This document shows positions 37,899 through 48,455 of a stretch of 57,236 bases of DNA, piece after piece. The DNA is taken from NCBI GenBank assembly GCA_964636085.1, contig CAZWPQ010000005.1, forward strand, positions 32,730 to 89,965, written 5' to 3'. The first letter of the stretch is position 1. Every line of letters starts with the position of its first letter. Below the pieces are notes generated by a model. It was not told the origin of the DNA. It saw only the letters and a list, made by a program, of their open reading frames with translations, and did not search any database. The translations under genes were made by a program, and so were the position numbers. This DNA comes from an uncultured Nitrososphaerota archaeon. Its GTDB lineage: Archaea; Asgardarchaeota; Njordarchaeia; Njordarchaeales; Panguiarchaeaceae.

Positions 37899-39179
37899 CT
37901 ATGTGGATTTCGTTTTTGCTTTCTCGATTATTCTAAGCAACTTTATCAACATGCCAAGTAGGACTATACATCTTGCAGTGGCAAAGATCTGTGGTATGCT
38001 AAATGGATCAAGAAACCCATGCTTAACACTTATCCCGAGGAGTTCATATATATCCTCATATTTGAACCATGTTAGGATTATCATCGCGTTAAGGCTATCA
38101 AAAATAATGACCAATACATAGTCTATGGGGGTTAATGCTACCAACGGTAGCAACATCAGGCTCATCTGGGGAGTAAACACATAGGTAGAGAAAAGATACC
38201 CCGCCATGAGTGCGGCGGAGCCGTAAACCACTCTCTCCTCCCTACTCATCTCGAACATCATTAGGTAAGAGACCACATACGTTATAAGTATAATTACTAG
38301 GCTTACGCCTATGCTCTTAGCTACTGTGCTGAATGGGGTTAGCTCGATCCAGACCAACCAACTGCACTCAATATACCATTTAGCGTGATGCTGTATAAGA
38401 CCGCTATACCATCCTTTTGGACTAATTAATATAAAGGGTAGGTTCCATAGCACAAATACAATTATTGTTATTGCCAGATATGAGAGCGCATATAAAAGAG
38501 CCTTTGCCTCTGTTATAGTCGTTATTTTAATGTTCTTTTTCTTGCATTCATCCAATCTGTCCATATATATCTGCGCCATTGCCGCCAGCGCTACGATTGC
38601 TGGGATTATCTTTCCCGCAGCCGCAAAACCGAAAAGAATGAAACTTGTTACTTTTTTACCCCTCAGGAATAGGTAGAGCCCTAATAGTGCATAGAAAATA
38701 CCCACGAGATCCCAGTTATAGTTCGTGTATATGAGAAAGGAAGGCGTCATGACGAAGTATAACAATATGTGGAAATTTTTTCTTCGAACGTATCCACATA
38801 GTTTACATAGAACATATATGATGCCAATTGCATGTATGTAGAGCAATATAGACATCACAGTGTATCCGATAATAAGTCTTAACCAGACGCTTTCATTAGG
38901 GATAGTCAACAATACTATGTTCACAATTATGAACATGTAAGCAACAATTGGTGGATATTCAAATTCGTAGTCTCGATACGGAATCAATAAACTATCTGAG
39001 GTCAGCATCCCAGATCTAATTATTATACTGCAGACATCCGAGTATATAGTGGCTGGGTTGTTAGGGGTGGGCAAATGTAGAAAATATGATATTAGCCATA
39101 GGAGAGTAGCAGCTATAAGTATATCTTCAAGACCCATAAACTCTCCAAGTCCTGCCCCGTTGCTCCCATTTTCTTCCAA
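37899..39179 (-). CDS. Polytopic membrane protein, probable GT-C-fold glycosyltransferase (DUF2029/GT87-like)
   Basis: More than 10 hydrophobic segments and an early-loop YEFEYPPIVAY motif typical of DUF2029-type GT-C enzymes. The track start is TTG, and ATG at 39137 (MGLEDILIAATLL) is an alternative. Confidence 0.55.
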   Translation of the reverse strand: MEENGSNGAGLGEFMGLEDILIAATLLWLISYFLHLPTPNNPATIYSDVCSIIIRSGMLTSDSLLIPYRDYEFEYPPIVAYMFIIVNIVLLTIPNESVWLRLIIGYTVMSILLYIHAIGIIYVLCKLCGYVRRKNFHILLYFVMTPSFLIYTNYNWDLVGIFYALLGLYLFLRGKKVTSFILFGFAAAGKIIPAIVALAAMAQIYMDRLDECKKKNIKITTITEAKALLYALSYLAITIIVFVLWNLPFILISPKGWYSGLIQHHAKWYIECSWLVWIELTPFSTVAKSIGVSLVIILITYVVSYLMMFEMSREERVVYGSAALMAGYLFSTYVFTPQMSLMLLPLVALTPIDYVLVIIFDSLNAMIILTWFKYEDIYELLGISVKHGFLDPFSIPQIFATARCIVLLGMLIKLLRIIEKAKTKST

Positions 39180-39239
39180 GTCTAATCCCCCAATAAATGC
39201 ACTAATTTTTCTTTTTTACAATTACTCTAGGTGGAAACC

Positions 39240-39815
39240 ATGTCTGCTCACGAGGAAATCCCCAAAGCCATTGTTAAAACCTGTAGAAAACTTGTGGAGT
39301 ATAAACTAACATATGCATCATTGGGAAATGTAAGTGCTAGGTGTGGCGAGTATATCTACATAACGCCTAGTGGGGTAAGATTTGATGAATTGTCACCAGA
39401 GCAAATTGTTAGGGTTACTATGGAGGGCAAAGTTATTGGTGATGGAACCCCATCGGTAGAGTTACCAATGCATTTAGCGATATACAAGAATATTACCGAG
39501 GCAAAAGCCGTTATACATGCACACACCATTTTCTCAACAATGCTTGGTTCTCTTAAAGGAAAAATAATTTCAATTCACGAAGAAGCCAAGGTTTTCGGGG
39601 TTCAATTTATTCCCATCTGCAGATCTGCAATGCATGGAACTGACGAACTTGCCAAAAATGTTGTAGCATCACTCAAAGAGAGTAGAGCTACTGTGATACC
39701 CTTCCATGGTGTTGTCGCATATGGAGATAGCCTCGACACGGCCCTCCAAACCTTAGAAGTCGTAGAAAACATATCCAAGATGAAAATTCTGGAGCTACTG
39801 TTGCATATGTTCTAG
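39240..39815 (+). CDS. Class II aldolase/adducin-domain protein (fuculose-phosphate aldolase / MTRu-1-P dehydratase-like)
   Basis: GNVSAR, PSVELPMHLAIY, VIHAHT and ..HGVVAYG.. motifs. ATG at 39240 (the track ORF begins at GTG 39231). Confidence 0.8.
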   Translation: MSAHEEIPKAIVKTCRKLVEYKLTYASLGNVSARCGEYIYITPSGVRFDELSPEQIVRVTMEGKVIGDGTPSVELPMHLAIYKNITEAKAVIHAHTIFSTMLGSLKGKIISIHEEAKVFGVQFIPICRSAMHGTDELAKNVVASLKESRATVIPFHGVVAYGDSLDTALQTLEVVENISKMKILELLLHMF

Positions 39816-39874
39816 AAGGAAAGAAAGACCCCCCTAAATAATAGAAAAAGCTAGCCAAAAATGCTGAGAGGCTA

Positions 39875-40300
39875 TCACTCCTCCACTATTTCTATTTTCA
39901 CATCCTCCTTTTTGAGGCCAAATGTATGATAGTCTTTTGTCAATTCTATCGCTTTTGTTGGGCAATATATCCGGCACAAACCACAGAATATACACTTATA
40001 ATGGATAAACCTAGGGGCTTTCTTTGTTCTAAACCTCTCATCCGGAACCATCTCTATGGCATTTGCTGGGCACACCCTCGCACAGAGCCCACACCCAGTA
40101 CATTTTTTAGCGTTCCACCTTATTCGGCCTCTATAGCCCTCAGCCGCCTCAATAGATTCAAATGGATAGTGGATAGTATATGGTTTCGTAAAGACCTTCT
40201 TAACTACCTCCCCAATAGCACGGGGTATAAAGCGCCCCAAATCCCTCACCACTAAAAAATGGGAAAAACAGGAAAAATTACTTAAAATATATACAATCAA
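39875..40300 (-). CDS. 2x[4Fe-4S] ferredoxin of the NuoI/EchF/MbhN type
   Basis: CTGCGLCARVCPANAIE and CIFCGLCRIYCPTKAIE, preceded by the NuoI-like KPYTIHYPFE. Start uncertain: the track start is TTG at 40300, and GTG at 40252 is plausible. Confidence 0.8.
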   Translation of the reverse strand: MIVYILSNFSCFSHFLVVRDLGRFIPRAIGEVVKKVFTKPYTIHYPFESIEAAEGYRGRIRWNAKKCTGCGLCARVCPANAIEMVPDERFRTKKAPRFIHYKCIFCGLCRIYCPTKAIELTKDYHTFGLKKEDVKIEIVEE

Positions 40301-40309
40301 GCACAGCGA

Positions 40310-43300
40310 CTATTCCTTTGTAAACATACCAATCATGGACTGAACTATATAGGGGCCAATTATCAACAATGCTATTGGTATCGCCACTATGACGAATGCT
40401 ATGTCTTGGAATATGGGTATCGTTGTAAAAGCACTGAGTCCTAGTAAACCAAGGAAGACCAGAGTTCTTATTCTAATGCTACCCGATATACGTCTCAGTT
40501 GATCTCTTACCTCTTTGTCAATAATGCTTTGTGGAACATCATTTTTTTCGTAAATCAGAAGTTTTTTATGAACATAATATATGTCCTTATACGAATTAAC
40601 GATTATTACCGAGAATACTGACACATACGCCGTCAAAAAGCTTATTACTATCGCAGGAGCAACTATCGGGCCAAGCGAGGCCACAACCTCGACCACATAT
40701 TCTTGTGTCCATTCTATCTCATTGCATAAACCAACAATAAACATTAGAATTATTACTGGAAGTATGAATAGCCAGATATTCATCACTGCCCTCATTTTGC
40801 TTATTTTTCTCAGCCTCAACGCCTTTACCGCATCGATGTATATCCTTAATCCATACAACATTACTGACAAAACTAGGCATGCTATAAGTATTAGTAGCGA
40901 TATACCTGTGTCGAATATATATAGGCCATGCATGAGAGGAAGGAAACCCGCTAGTAACACCATTACTATTAGTAGCCCTGACAAACAATAGTATATCTTG
41001 CTTAGCATCCCAACTCCTTGTTCCACATTCATCCTTACTTTTCTTGTAATGATAAAGTGGGTGATCGATACTACTAAGGAAAACACTATAACTGATATTG
41101 CTAATAGGATATAATCCATGTGTCCAAGGCTGAGAGAGGGAACGGATGAATGAACGCGAAGTTTAAACTCTCCTATTGATTCCTTGGCGCCAGAGACATC
41201 CATAATTAGTTTCACAGTATATGTACCATGTTTTAACCCGTCGGTATCTATGATAATTTCATAAGTTCCTGGACTGACTTCTTGAGCCTTATAGACACCA
41301 TACTCTTCGCTCTTGTTTGTTATTACGGCATATATGTCTGCTCCCGTCACCGCTTTTCCTTCTGAATCATAGAGGTATATTCTGACAGTTGAATTTTCTC
41401 CCACCACCACTTCTTTTGTGCTTATAGCAATCTCAACGGATATCTCACCTAGTCTCGTTGGTATACGGATAATCTCAGGAGTTTCACTAGATACTAGAAA
41501 TGGAGCGTCAGTATAGTTAAGTGGGATCCTTGACCCTCCATATGAAACATATATTGTTAGCAGGTATTCTCCGTATTCCAGAAGACCGAGATCAGCAATT
41601 CCAGACGCATTTGTCGTTTTCTCTAGTGTCGCTAAGCCCGTTTTTAGTAAGATAGTAGCATTGTGGATAGGCATATTCTCCTCATCAACAAGTTCTAGGG
41701 AAACATAAACAGCGGGCATCTGTATTGTTATGCTAATACCACCTAAGGGTATATCTACATCCATATATTCTGAAGAAATTTCCTCTATCTCTCCCCCTAT
41801 TTTTCCCCTCACCTTTATCGCTACATCCAAAGGCAAATGGTAGAACGTAACGATCCCGCTCTCGTTTGTCTGCTTATATATCGTAGTTGTACCGATCATT
41901 AGTTCTATTGTCGCGTTGGGTAATATTTCATTTCTACCATCAACAACGACTATTGATAGATCTGCTATATTGAGCAATACATCGTACTCCTGTAATGTAT
42001 CATTGAAAACGACTTCAACAACTGCATATACTGGCAATCCATAGGGTGTGACATATTCACAATATATCTTTAGCTTATAGCCGACTGGCACATTCTCTAG
42101 CATTAAGTAGCTAGAATTTCTCAACTCCACATCAAATATCGGTGGCCCGCCTAGACTTGGTACGATTGATATATATCCATCCTCTACAACTACATTCCTG
42201 TATGCCCCAAATGTTTGGTAGATAAATGAAAAGTTAACTGCTCCTAGCGGTAGGAAGATATAGTTGCATCCCGTACAATTCAACTCTGTTGTTGATTCAA
42301 CCACTAATTCACCAAGCTTATACTGGGCTATTGCCCATATCTTCTCTACCTTCAAAATGGTCCCATTGTATATGAAATATGCCCCCAGCGTAGGGAAATC
42401 CCTCAATATATATGTCCCATTCTCACTCATAAGAATTATATCGAAATCATAGTAGATGGATCTAGACTCTATTAGTACTTTTATATTAGAACCTATTGTT
42501 AGGTTCTTCAACAGGTTTAATGTTCTCATGATTATTATCCCAACACTCACAACATAGTTCACCGTTTCGTTCACATCTACAACATTCATACCCACATAGT
42601 CAATAACCAATATACCCCACTCCGTATAGTGCTTAAGAACAATTGTATACTCGCCAAATGGTACTAGATCCACTACACCACTACCATTTTCAAGATAAAC
42701 AGACGCAATAGTTGTTTGTGATTCGTTATGGATTATCTCGAGCAGAACACCTACTGGATCACCATCCTTGCTTCTTACATTAAATGTTATCTCCGATAAA
42801 GACTGCGGCACCCCTATGTTATAAATGTTTGCGGGCCAGTCCAGTACCGTTACATATTCGGTAGCTATACTTATATCCCTTACATTTCCCACAGATGTTA
42901 TATTAAATGATGTCCAGCCATACAAAATCGGCGCTGGGAACACCTCTATTACGACGAAGCCGAGCTTTCCTGCGCTGAATTTTCCTACATACGTACCGTT
43001 CACAGTGACGTTGAAGGTAAAGAATGGCAATCGTATGGATTCATTATATTCTGGATATGCATAAAGTACCACATCAACAAAATAGAATAGAGTTATATTT
43101 ACCTCGTCTCTGGTAATATTGACCAAGGTACTATTTAATATCGGTAGGTTATATGCCCTTGCTGATGCCGATATCTCCCATATATGGTTCAGTGGCAAAT
43201 AGTACACTTCCAATGTTCCACTTTTGGAAAACGACGCTACTGAACTGCCCGTCGTGTTCAACTTTAAAACTATGTATATATCGGGCATCTTGAATTGTAA

Positions 43301-46249
43301 TCCCATATAGCTACCAAATACGTTTACCTTTGCCAAATAGACGATCCCCAAATCGACATAAACAACATCGTTGCTCACAAGACCGCTTATAGTTCGGGAT
43401 TCTGAGACGACGACCCCCCACTTTCGGCAGAGATATGATACATTGAATTCTATGCTTGGGAGAAATGTTACATTTGGAACCATCTTTATTGTCTTGTATG
43501 TTGAATCTACAAACGTGGTAAACCATGTATCATCTGCTGCCCGTATCCTTAAAGTCCAATTAGACAAACTTTGTCCATCAGCCGTCTTGGGCCTGATCTC
43601 TAGATCATGTAAACCAAGAACCACAACTATATTAGTTATTACCAACGAGGATTGATTATACATCTTGCTATTAAATGCATAGACCTTGAATATCTCCGAG
43701 TAATAAAGAACCGACACATTGCACAGTTTGTTAGACCTATTAGCCAGCGGTATTCCAACAATTTCTACTAGTCCATTTAGGCCCGTGGTATAATTTTGGG
43801 TAGAATACTGCCCTAGTTTTACACAGACCTGTGCTCCAAGGACATTGCGATCATTTTTATCCTTAACATTTACAATGACTTTTCCTAAATCCGCGTATAT
43901 AATTGTATCTAGGTCTGTGTCGTAGTCATATTCGTCATGGAGTGACTCACTGATATTGACCCCTAATACTGGTGGTATATTTGCTTCTACGGTATAATTG
44001 CCGAAGGGCATATCACCGAATTCTGCTATACCCGTAAATGTAGTTTGTGTAACATGGGCACCAGCCACACTCATGTAGCTAGATGAGATTAATGTGAGTT
44101 TAACATTGATGGGGGCATCGATGGTGTCATTGCTAACCTGCGGGTGATACCTAATAACAACTTTGATGTCACAGATGGGCATTACTGGCTTTATCTCCAC
44201 ATAGTCCAGATCTAAGAGGAAGTATGTATACTCCTTCTCTACGTCACCAATAGTGGTATTGGATTTTGCATAAACACTATAAAATCCCGGTAGTAGGGGC
44301 TTGAAGTAATACGTCGTATATAACACGGATCCATTCATAGAGTAGTTAAACCAGTATAGCGTTAATGGCCATGAATAATTATAGATTACCCGAATAGTGG
44401 CGTTTATGTTGGGGGGTTCACGTGGATCTGTGACCCTTTTAACCGCATATACCACCATCTCATTATAGTTTGACTGTATATTTCCAACTGTGCTAGTATT
44501 TGGGTTAACCCATGGGGGATTTGCCATTATATCGGCCACAATCCTAGATATTGCATATATGTCGGCCCACTTTGCTACATCGACTCCTATGACGCAATCA
44601 AGCCTAATTGTATCGTTTGGATATATCTCCACCCGGCCAAATTGAAGACCGAATGTGGAGAATAGCCCATCATATTCCCAGGATTCACCATATGTGCTGT
44701 TCAGATATACGAAATAGGAGCCCTGCTTCGAGTATGGATATAGATCCACAGAACTATTCTTCGGGCTTACAAAATATATTATCCTATCTACCATATATGT
44801 GTCTCCTGTGCTTCCTGGCCCCCATATCCCATAGCTGTAGAGTACATCTGATCTGTTACCATACGCCATTTCTCTTGGGAGACCATATGTATTTCCCTTT
44901 GATTCTCCAGATATATTGAGCTCATTCAGAACCTCCCCCGAGGGGAATGCGGGATCGTCATACCAAGCAAAAACTTGGAAGCCCGATCCATACTCGCTAG
45001 GCGATATGTTAAACCTATTATATCCACCGTATGTGTCATGTGTAAGGGACCTACCACCATTATCGTCATCGATCTTTATGAGTTCACTCCTATTATTAAT
45101 CATCACGATAGATCTGTTGAACCATCTCTGGTATGAGTAGAATGTATAATTTAGGGATAAGTATACATCTAATAGGGGATCATATGTTCCCTCGGAATAA
45201 TATGGATATAGGGGGGCTTGCCTAAATATTAGCTTGGCATACACGGGACCCATAAGAATCTCTTTCTCAACAGCGGCATCAAGAAGGGGGGCATAGACAC
45301 CTAGCAAATCGTCACTCCTCGTATAGAAGTAAAATGCAAGAGTTTCTAGCCTATATGGACCATTTATGGAGTCTTCCTGATCATGATATGCAGATACGCC
45401 TCTCTTAACAACTAAGTCTACATCAAATAATACATCCCTCGTTTGAGCATCAACTATCCTTGTGAGCCCCATTTTTGTGGCCCAAGTGGGTGTGTCTATG
45501 GTTGGTGTTGGTATTTGATTCATTTCTGTTATAAGTATTTCATACTCTAAGTATTCAGTGGTCACTGTTATGAATTTTAGGGGGTTATCAGCGATCGTAT
45601 TATTTGTGTGTATAGACACATTAAGCATTACTCCATCAATCCAGTATGATACATTATCATCACCTATCATGTACCTCTTGGTATAAATTGGTTGGGGCAG
45701 TAAATCGGATAAATTCATGCTCTCGTTGGAATAATAGAAGAAATATACAGAATAGCTCTTAGGCTCGGCCGACGCAAAGAACCACAAGTCAAAATTTTTG
45801 AGATAATCTACTACGGGTGTATTATTGCAGATTTGGAAGACAACAGTATTATTGTCTTTGTCCACGAGGATAAATGATTGGTTATAGGGCTTTGGTATAT
45901 TGGAGGCAGTAAAATTTAGATGCACTCTAATAGGCCAGTCCTCCATGGGATATGATGCATTATTATATACTAGTATGGGTATGCGAAATGGTAAATTTTG
46001 GAAATGCCATGAACTAAGGAGATCTGTGTCCTCCATAATCCTTATTTTTTTGTGTATAATGGGTTTCCCGTCCGATATCATTATCATATATCCATCCTCC
46101 CCCTGTGTACCTGCTATCTTCATAATTTTGGATTCATTTTCTGTCTCATGCGTTGCGTGTTTTGCTTGTTTCACGATACCCGACACAACATAGACAGTAC
46201 TATTAATTACCAGAATTAGGAGAAACATGCAGAGTATCTTGTCCCTCAT
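40310..46249 (-). CDS. Giant envelope protein (about 1980 aa): signal peptide, unique ~700-aa N-terminal region, many prealbumin/Ig-like repeats, and a C-terminal module of 7 hydrophobic segments
   Basis: MRDKILCMFLLILVINSTVYVVSG is signal-like. Repeats carry TTGLNGLVEIVGIP, TNESGIVTFYHLP, TNASGIADLGLLEYGEY and DSEGKAVTGADIY turns. The last 273 aa contain seven hydrophobic stretches. Start placed at ATG 46249 because a TATA-like box lies 25-34 nt upstream. The track ORF extends to ATG 46390. Confidence 0.85.
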   Translation of the reverse strand: MRDKILCMFLLILVINSTVYVVSGIVKQAKHATHETENESKIMKIAGTQGEDGYMIMISDGKPIIHKKIRIMEDTDLLSSWHFQNLPFRIPILVYNNASYPMEDWPIRVHLNFTASNIPKPYNQSFILVDKDNNTVVFQICNNTPVVDYLKNFDLWFFASAEPKSYSVYFFYYSNESMNLSDLLPQPIYTKRYMIGDDNVSYWIDGVMLNVSIHTNNTIADNPLKFITVTTEYLEYEILITEMNQIPTPTIDTPTWATKMGLTRIVDAQTRDVLFDVDLVVKRGVSAYHDQEDSINGPYRLETLAFYFYTRSDDLLGVYAPLLDAAVEKEILMGPVYAKLIFRQAPLYPYYSEGTYDPLLDVYLSLNYTFYSYQRWFNRSIVMINNRSELIKIDDDNGGRSLTHDTYGGYNRFNISPSEYGSGFQVFAWYDDPAFPSGEVLNELNISGESKGNTYGLPREMAYGNRSDVLYSYGIWGPGSTGDTYMVDRIIYFVSPKNSSVDLYPYSKQGSYFVYLNSTYGESWEYDGLFSTFGLQFGRVEIYPNDTIRLDCVIGVDVAKWADIYAISRIVADIMANPPWVNPNTSTVGNIQSNYNEMVVYAVKRVTDPREPPNINATIRVIYNYSWPLTLYWFNYSMNGSVLYTTYYFKPLLPGFYSVYAKSNTTIGDVEKEYTYFLLDLDYVEIKPVMPICDIKVVIRYHPQVSNDTIDAPINVKLTLISSSYMSVAGAHVTQTTFTGIAEFGDMPFGNYTVEANIPPVLGVNISESLHDEYDYDTDLDTIIYADLGKVIVNVKDKNDRNVLGAQVCVKLGQYSTQNYTTGLNGLVEIVGIPLANRSNKLCNVSVLYYSEIFKVYAFNSKMYNQSSLVITNIVVVLGLHDLEIRPKTADGQSLSNWTLRIRAADDTWFTTFVDSTYKTIKMVPNVTFLPSIEFNVSYLCRKWGVVVSESRTISGLVSNDVVYVDLGIVYLAKVNVFGSYMGLQFKMPDIYIVLKLNTTGSSVASFSKSGTLEVYYLPLNHIWEISASARAYNLPILNSTLVNITRDEVNITLFYFVDVVLYAYPEYNESIRLPFFTFNVTVNGTYVGKFSAGKLGFVVIEVFPAPILYGWTSFNITSVGNVRDISIATEYVTVLDWPANIYNIGVPQSLSEITFNVRSKDGDPVGVLLEIIHNESQTTIASVYLENGSGVVDLVPFGEYTIVLKHYTEWGILVIDYVGMNVVDVNETVNYVVSVGIIIMRTLNLLKNLTIGSNIKVLIESRSIYYDFDIILMSENGTYILRDFPTLGAYFIYNGTILKVEKIWAIAQYKLGELVVESTTELNCTGCNYIFLPLGAVNFSFIYQTFGAYRNVVVEDGYISIVPSLGGPPIFDVELRNSSYLMLENVPVGYKLKIYCEYVTPYGLPVYAVVEVVFNDTLQEYDVLLNIADLSIVVVDGRNEILPNATIELMIGTTTIYKQTNESGIVTFYHLPLDVAIKVRGKIGGEIEEISSEYMDVDIPLGGISITIQMPAVYVSLELVDEENMPIHNATILLKTGLATLEKTTNASGIADLGLLEYGEYLLTIYVSYGGSRIPLNYTDAPFLVSSETPEIIRIPTRLGEISVEIAISTKEVVVGENSTVRIYLYDSEGKAVTGADIYAVITNKSEEYGVYKAQEVSPGTYEIIIDTDGLKHGTYTVKLIMDVSGAKESIGEFKLRVHSSVPSLSLGHMDYILLAISVIVFSLVVSITHFIITRKVRMNVEQGVGMLSKIYYCLSGLLIVMVLLAGFLPLMHGLYIFDTGISLLILIACLVLSVMLYGLRIYIDAVKALRLRKISKMRAVMNIWLFILPVIILMFIVGLCNEIEWTQEYVVEVVASLGPIVAPAIVISFLTAYVSVFSVIIVNSYKDIYYVHKKLLIYEKNDVPQSIIDKEVRDQLRRISGSIRIRTLVFLGLLGLSAFTTIPIFQDIAFVIVAIPIALLIIGPYIVQSMIGMFTKE

Positions 46250-46273
46250 AAAAAGACACCACATTAAGTAACG

Positions 46274-46283
46274 ATTATTAAAA
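46274..46283 (-). promoter_or_regulatory. TATA-like box (TTTTAATAAT on the minus strand) for the giant gene
   Basis: Plus-strand attattaaaa at 46274-46283 lies 25-34 nt upstream of ATG 46249. Confidence 0.4.
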
Positions 46284-46413
46284 CAAGCGAACACATAATA
46301 AAAATTTTTCATGATAAGTTTGCTAAAAACACTAGGCGTGTTAAGAAAACTTCTATTTGATCTAGTTTGGATCACTCGGCAAGGATGCATAGGAGAAAAT
46401 AGACGTATATGGG

Positions 46414-47556
46414 CTACTTTCGGATCACGAATTCATCAATTATCTTCCCTCCAAAATCCTTATACTGAAAAACAAGTTCATTATCCCTTACTTCCATTAT
46501 TGCGTATCCATATCCAAACGCATAACACTCAACTAAGGAATCATCATAGATGGCAAAATTCGGTATGCCGCCCGTCGGGCCAAGAATAACATATTGTGTT
46601 CCATTAATATATAGTCTGGCATATGCATGATCATGGCCCATTAATACGAGGTCTGGCTTATACATGTTTAAAAGGGGGAGTATTGTTTTGGGTATGTCAG
46701 GATGCGTATGATGTGGGATTATGTCAAATGGAGGTATGTGTAGTAGGACTATTTTCCATAGGTTATTCGATTCTGCATACTCCATTGCCTCCATAAACAT
46801 GCTTTTTTCCTCTTCTGGGAACACAAAGTTTTCATAATCCGCTACATATAACGCAACAAACATCACGTTAGAATACGTAAAATAGTACCAATACTCACGG
46901 CCCGGGAGTGCCATATATTTCCTATAGTTTTCTTTTTCTCCACGCATTACTTCATGATTGCCAGCAATTGCCATTAATGGATGACAGCTAGCAATTTTCA
47001 TTTCCCCAGTTAGAAAGGCCGCCCAATTCATTTCATGCCCCATATCCACCATATCGCCACAATGTATTATAAAATCATATTCTTCCTGCTTTGCTACACT
47101 TATGAACCTCCTAAAAGCACCATAGCTTGGGGCGTGGGTATCCGCATGAATAAGCACCCTAAAAGCACCACCAATGGGAGGAGCCGTTCTAAATCTATAA
47201 ATCTTTGACCAATTATACATCTGCCCATTTTCGTAGTAGCCTATCACATAGTTATATTTGGAGTTGGAAGCGAGCCCGGTTATCATTACATGGAACAATT
47301 TTGATTTGTTTTCTATATCTATAATCCTCCTAAATGTCGCGTTCCATATTATTATGTATCCACTCCTATTTTCTCCCCAGTGCCAACTTATCGTAATTGT
47401 TGTCTCAGGGTCAGAACTCCAAGACAACCATATTGCGTTCCAATTCCTATCGAGGTAATATCTTATGTATCCATATATCATCGGGGCTAATGTAATTATG
47501 AGTAGTATTGATAGAGAGATCGTTTTTTTGACAACAACTATTATCTTATGGTTCAT
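46414..47556 (-). CDS. Membrane-anchored calcineurin-like metallophosphoesterase with a purple-acid-phosphatase-type N-terminal domain
   Basis: N-terminal TM ISLSILLIITLAPMIYGY, FN3-like IWLSWSSDPETTITISWHW..YNYVIGY, and the motifs IHADTH, CGDMVDMG, AGNHE, LLHIPP and MGHDHAY. Confidence 0.8.
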   Translation of the reverse strand: MNHKIIVVVKKTISLSILLIITLAPMIYGYIRYYLDRNWNAIWLSWSSDPETTITISWHWGENRSGYIIIWNATFRRIIDIENKSKLFHVMITGLASNSKYNYVIGYYENGQMYNWSKIYRFRTAPPIGGAFRVLIHADTHAPSYGAFRRFISVAKQEEYDFIIHCGDMVDMGHEMNWAAFLTGEMKIASCHPLMAIAGNHEVMRGEKENYRKYMALPGREYWYYFTYSNVMFVALYVADYENFVFPEEEKSMFMEAMEYAESNNLWKIVLLHIPPFDIIPHHTHPDIPKTILPLLNMYKPDLVLMGHDHAYARLYINGTQYVILGPTGGIPNFAIYDDSLVECYAFGYGYAIMEVRDNELVFQYKDFGGKIIDEFVIRK

Positions 47557-48412
47557 TATCTCGCGCCCCTCTAATTGGATATATCCCTATCTCCTCGACA
47601 TTTGCATATTTTAGTAGAATGTTCTCTAACAATTCTAGGGCTTTATCAAAAAAGTATCGTCCAACAAGCAGTAGACTAATCATATATCCAATAGTCATTG
47701 CCAATGAGGGCATATAACCTAGCAGGATCGCATAAATAAAAAGTTTTAGAGCGAGAGATCTATCATGAAATATTGACAACAATTCATAATACATAGGCAC
47801 TAAAGTTGCTATTGACCCCATCCCAACAATAAAAATTAGTATGAATTGAAGAAATCTGCTCGGATAGCTCAGCGTTAAGTTATCCTTGAAATGTCGTATG
47901 CTAGACATGTCACGAATCATGAATGCGGAAACCAAAATTATGAGTATTAGAGGCATAAACTTCCTCATGTAATCAACCGCAATGATGTAGTAGATTATCA
48001 TCTCCATCGATCCTACTGTTGTCAGCATCTTGGTTAGTATTACTACTGGACCGAACAGTATGTATCCATATAAAAAAATCGCAATATATGAAAATTTCGG
48101 CTTTTTGTCCAACTTCACTGGCCTCGCAACACGCAGTTTCTTCTCTAGAAAAATCTCAAGCCCCAGCAGAGGAGATACTATCGTTATAATAATCGGAATA
48201 GCAATAATCCCTAGGAGTATACCCAACATCATTTGGGTTAGGGATAGCCATGCTATCAGTATATCTAGAGCCACAAATACATCTGATTGACGAAATATTA
48301 GCGATTCTACATAGCGCCAAAGGAATGATAGAAGTTCGTATCCTATGAATGATATGGCCGCAACTATCATACATTTGATGGCCTCATTTTCAGGTATATT
48401 TACTTTTTTCAT
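47546..48412 (-). CDS. Polytopic membrane protein, unknown family
   Basis: 288 aa with about 7-8 hydrophobic segments and an ATG start. The stop overlaps the start of the phosphoesterase gene by 11 nt, suggesting translational coupling. Confidence 0.6.
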   Translation of the reverse strand: MKKVNIPENEAIKCMIVAAISFIGYELLSFLWRYVESLIFRQSDVFVALDILIAWLSLTQMMLGILLGIIAIPIIITIVSPLLGLEIFLEKKLRVARPVKLDKKPKFSYIAIFLYGYILFGPVVILTKMLTTVGSMEMIIYYIIAVDYMRKFMPLILIILVSAFMIRDMSSIRHFKDNLTLSYPSRFLQFILIFIVGMGSIATLVPMYYELLSIFHDRSLALKLFIYAILLGYMPSLAMTIGYMISLLLVGRYFFDKALELLENILLKYANVEEIGIYPIRGARDNEP

Positions 48413-48455
48413 CGACTCCGCATCCCCCTGATTATAAACATATATGAAAAAATAA

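Noticed and set aside
40581-40991. Overlapping ORFs on both strands (136 aa plus, 89 aa minus) inside the 3' end of the giant gene
   Set aside because: They fall within the region encoding the seven hydrophobic segments. Hydrophobic-codon bias generates long alternative frames, and neither ORF shows a motif.
46250-46390. 47-codon N-terminal extension of the 2026-aa ORF (MHPCRVIQTRSNRSFLNTPSVF...)
   Set aside because: The extension is not signal-like and would leave only 23 nt to the upstream gene. The internal ATG at 46249 gives a classic signal peptide and has a TATA-like box 25-34 nt upstream.
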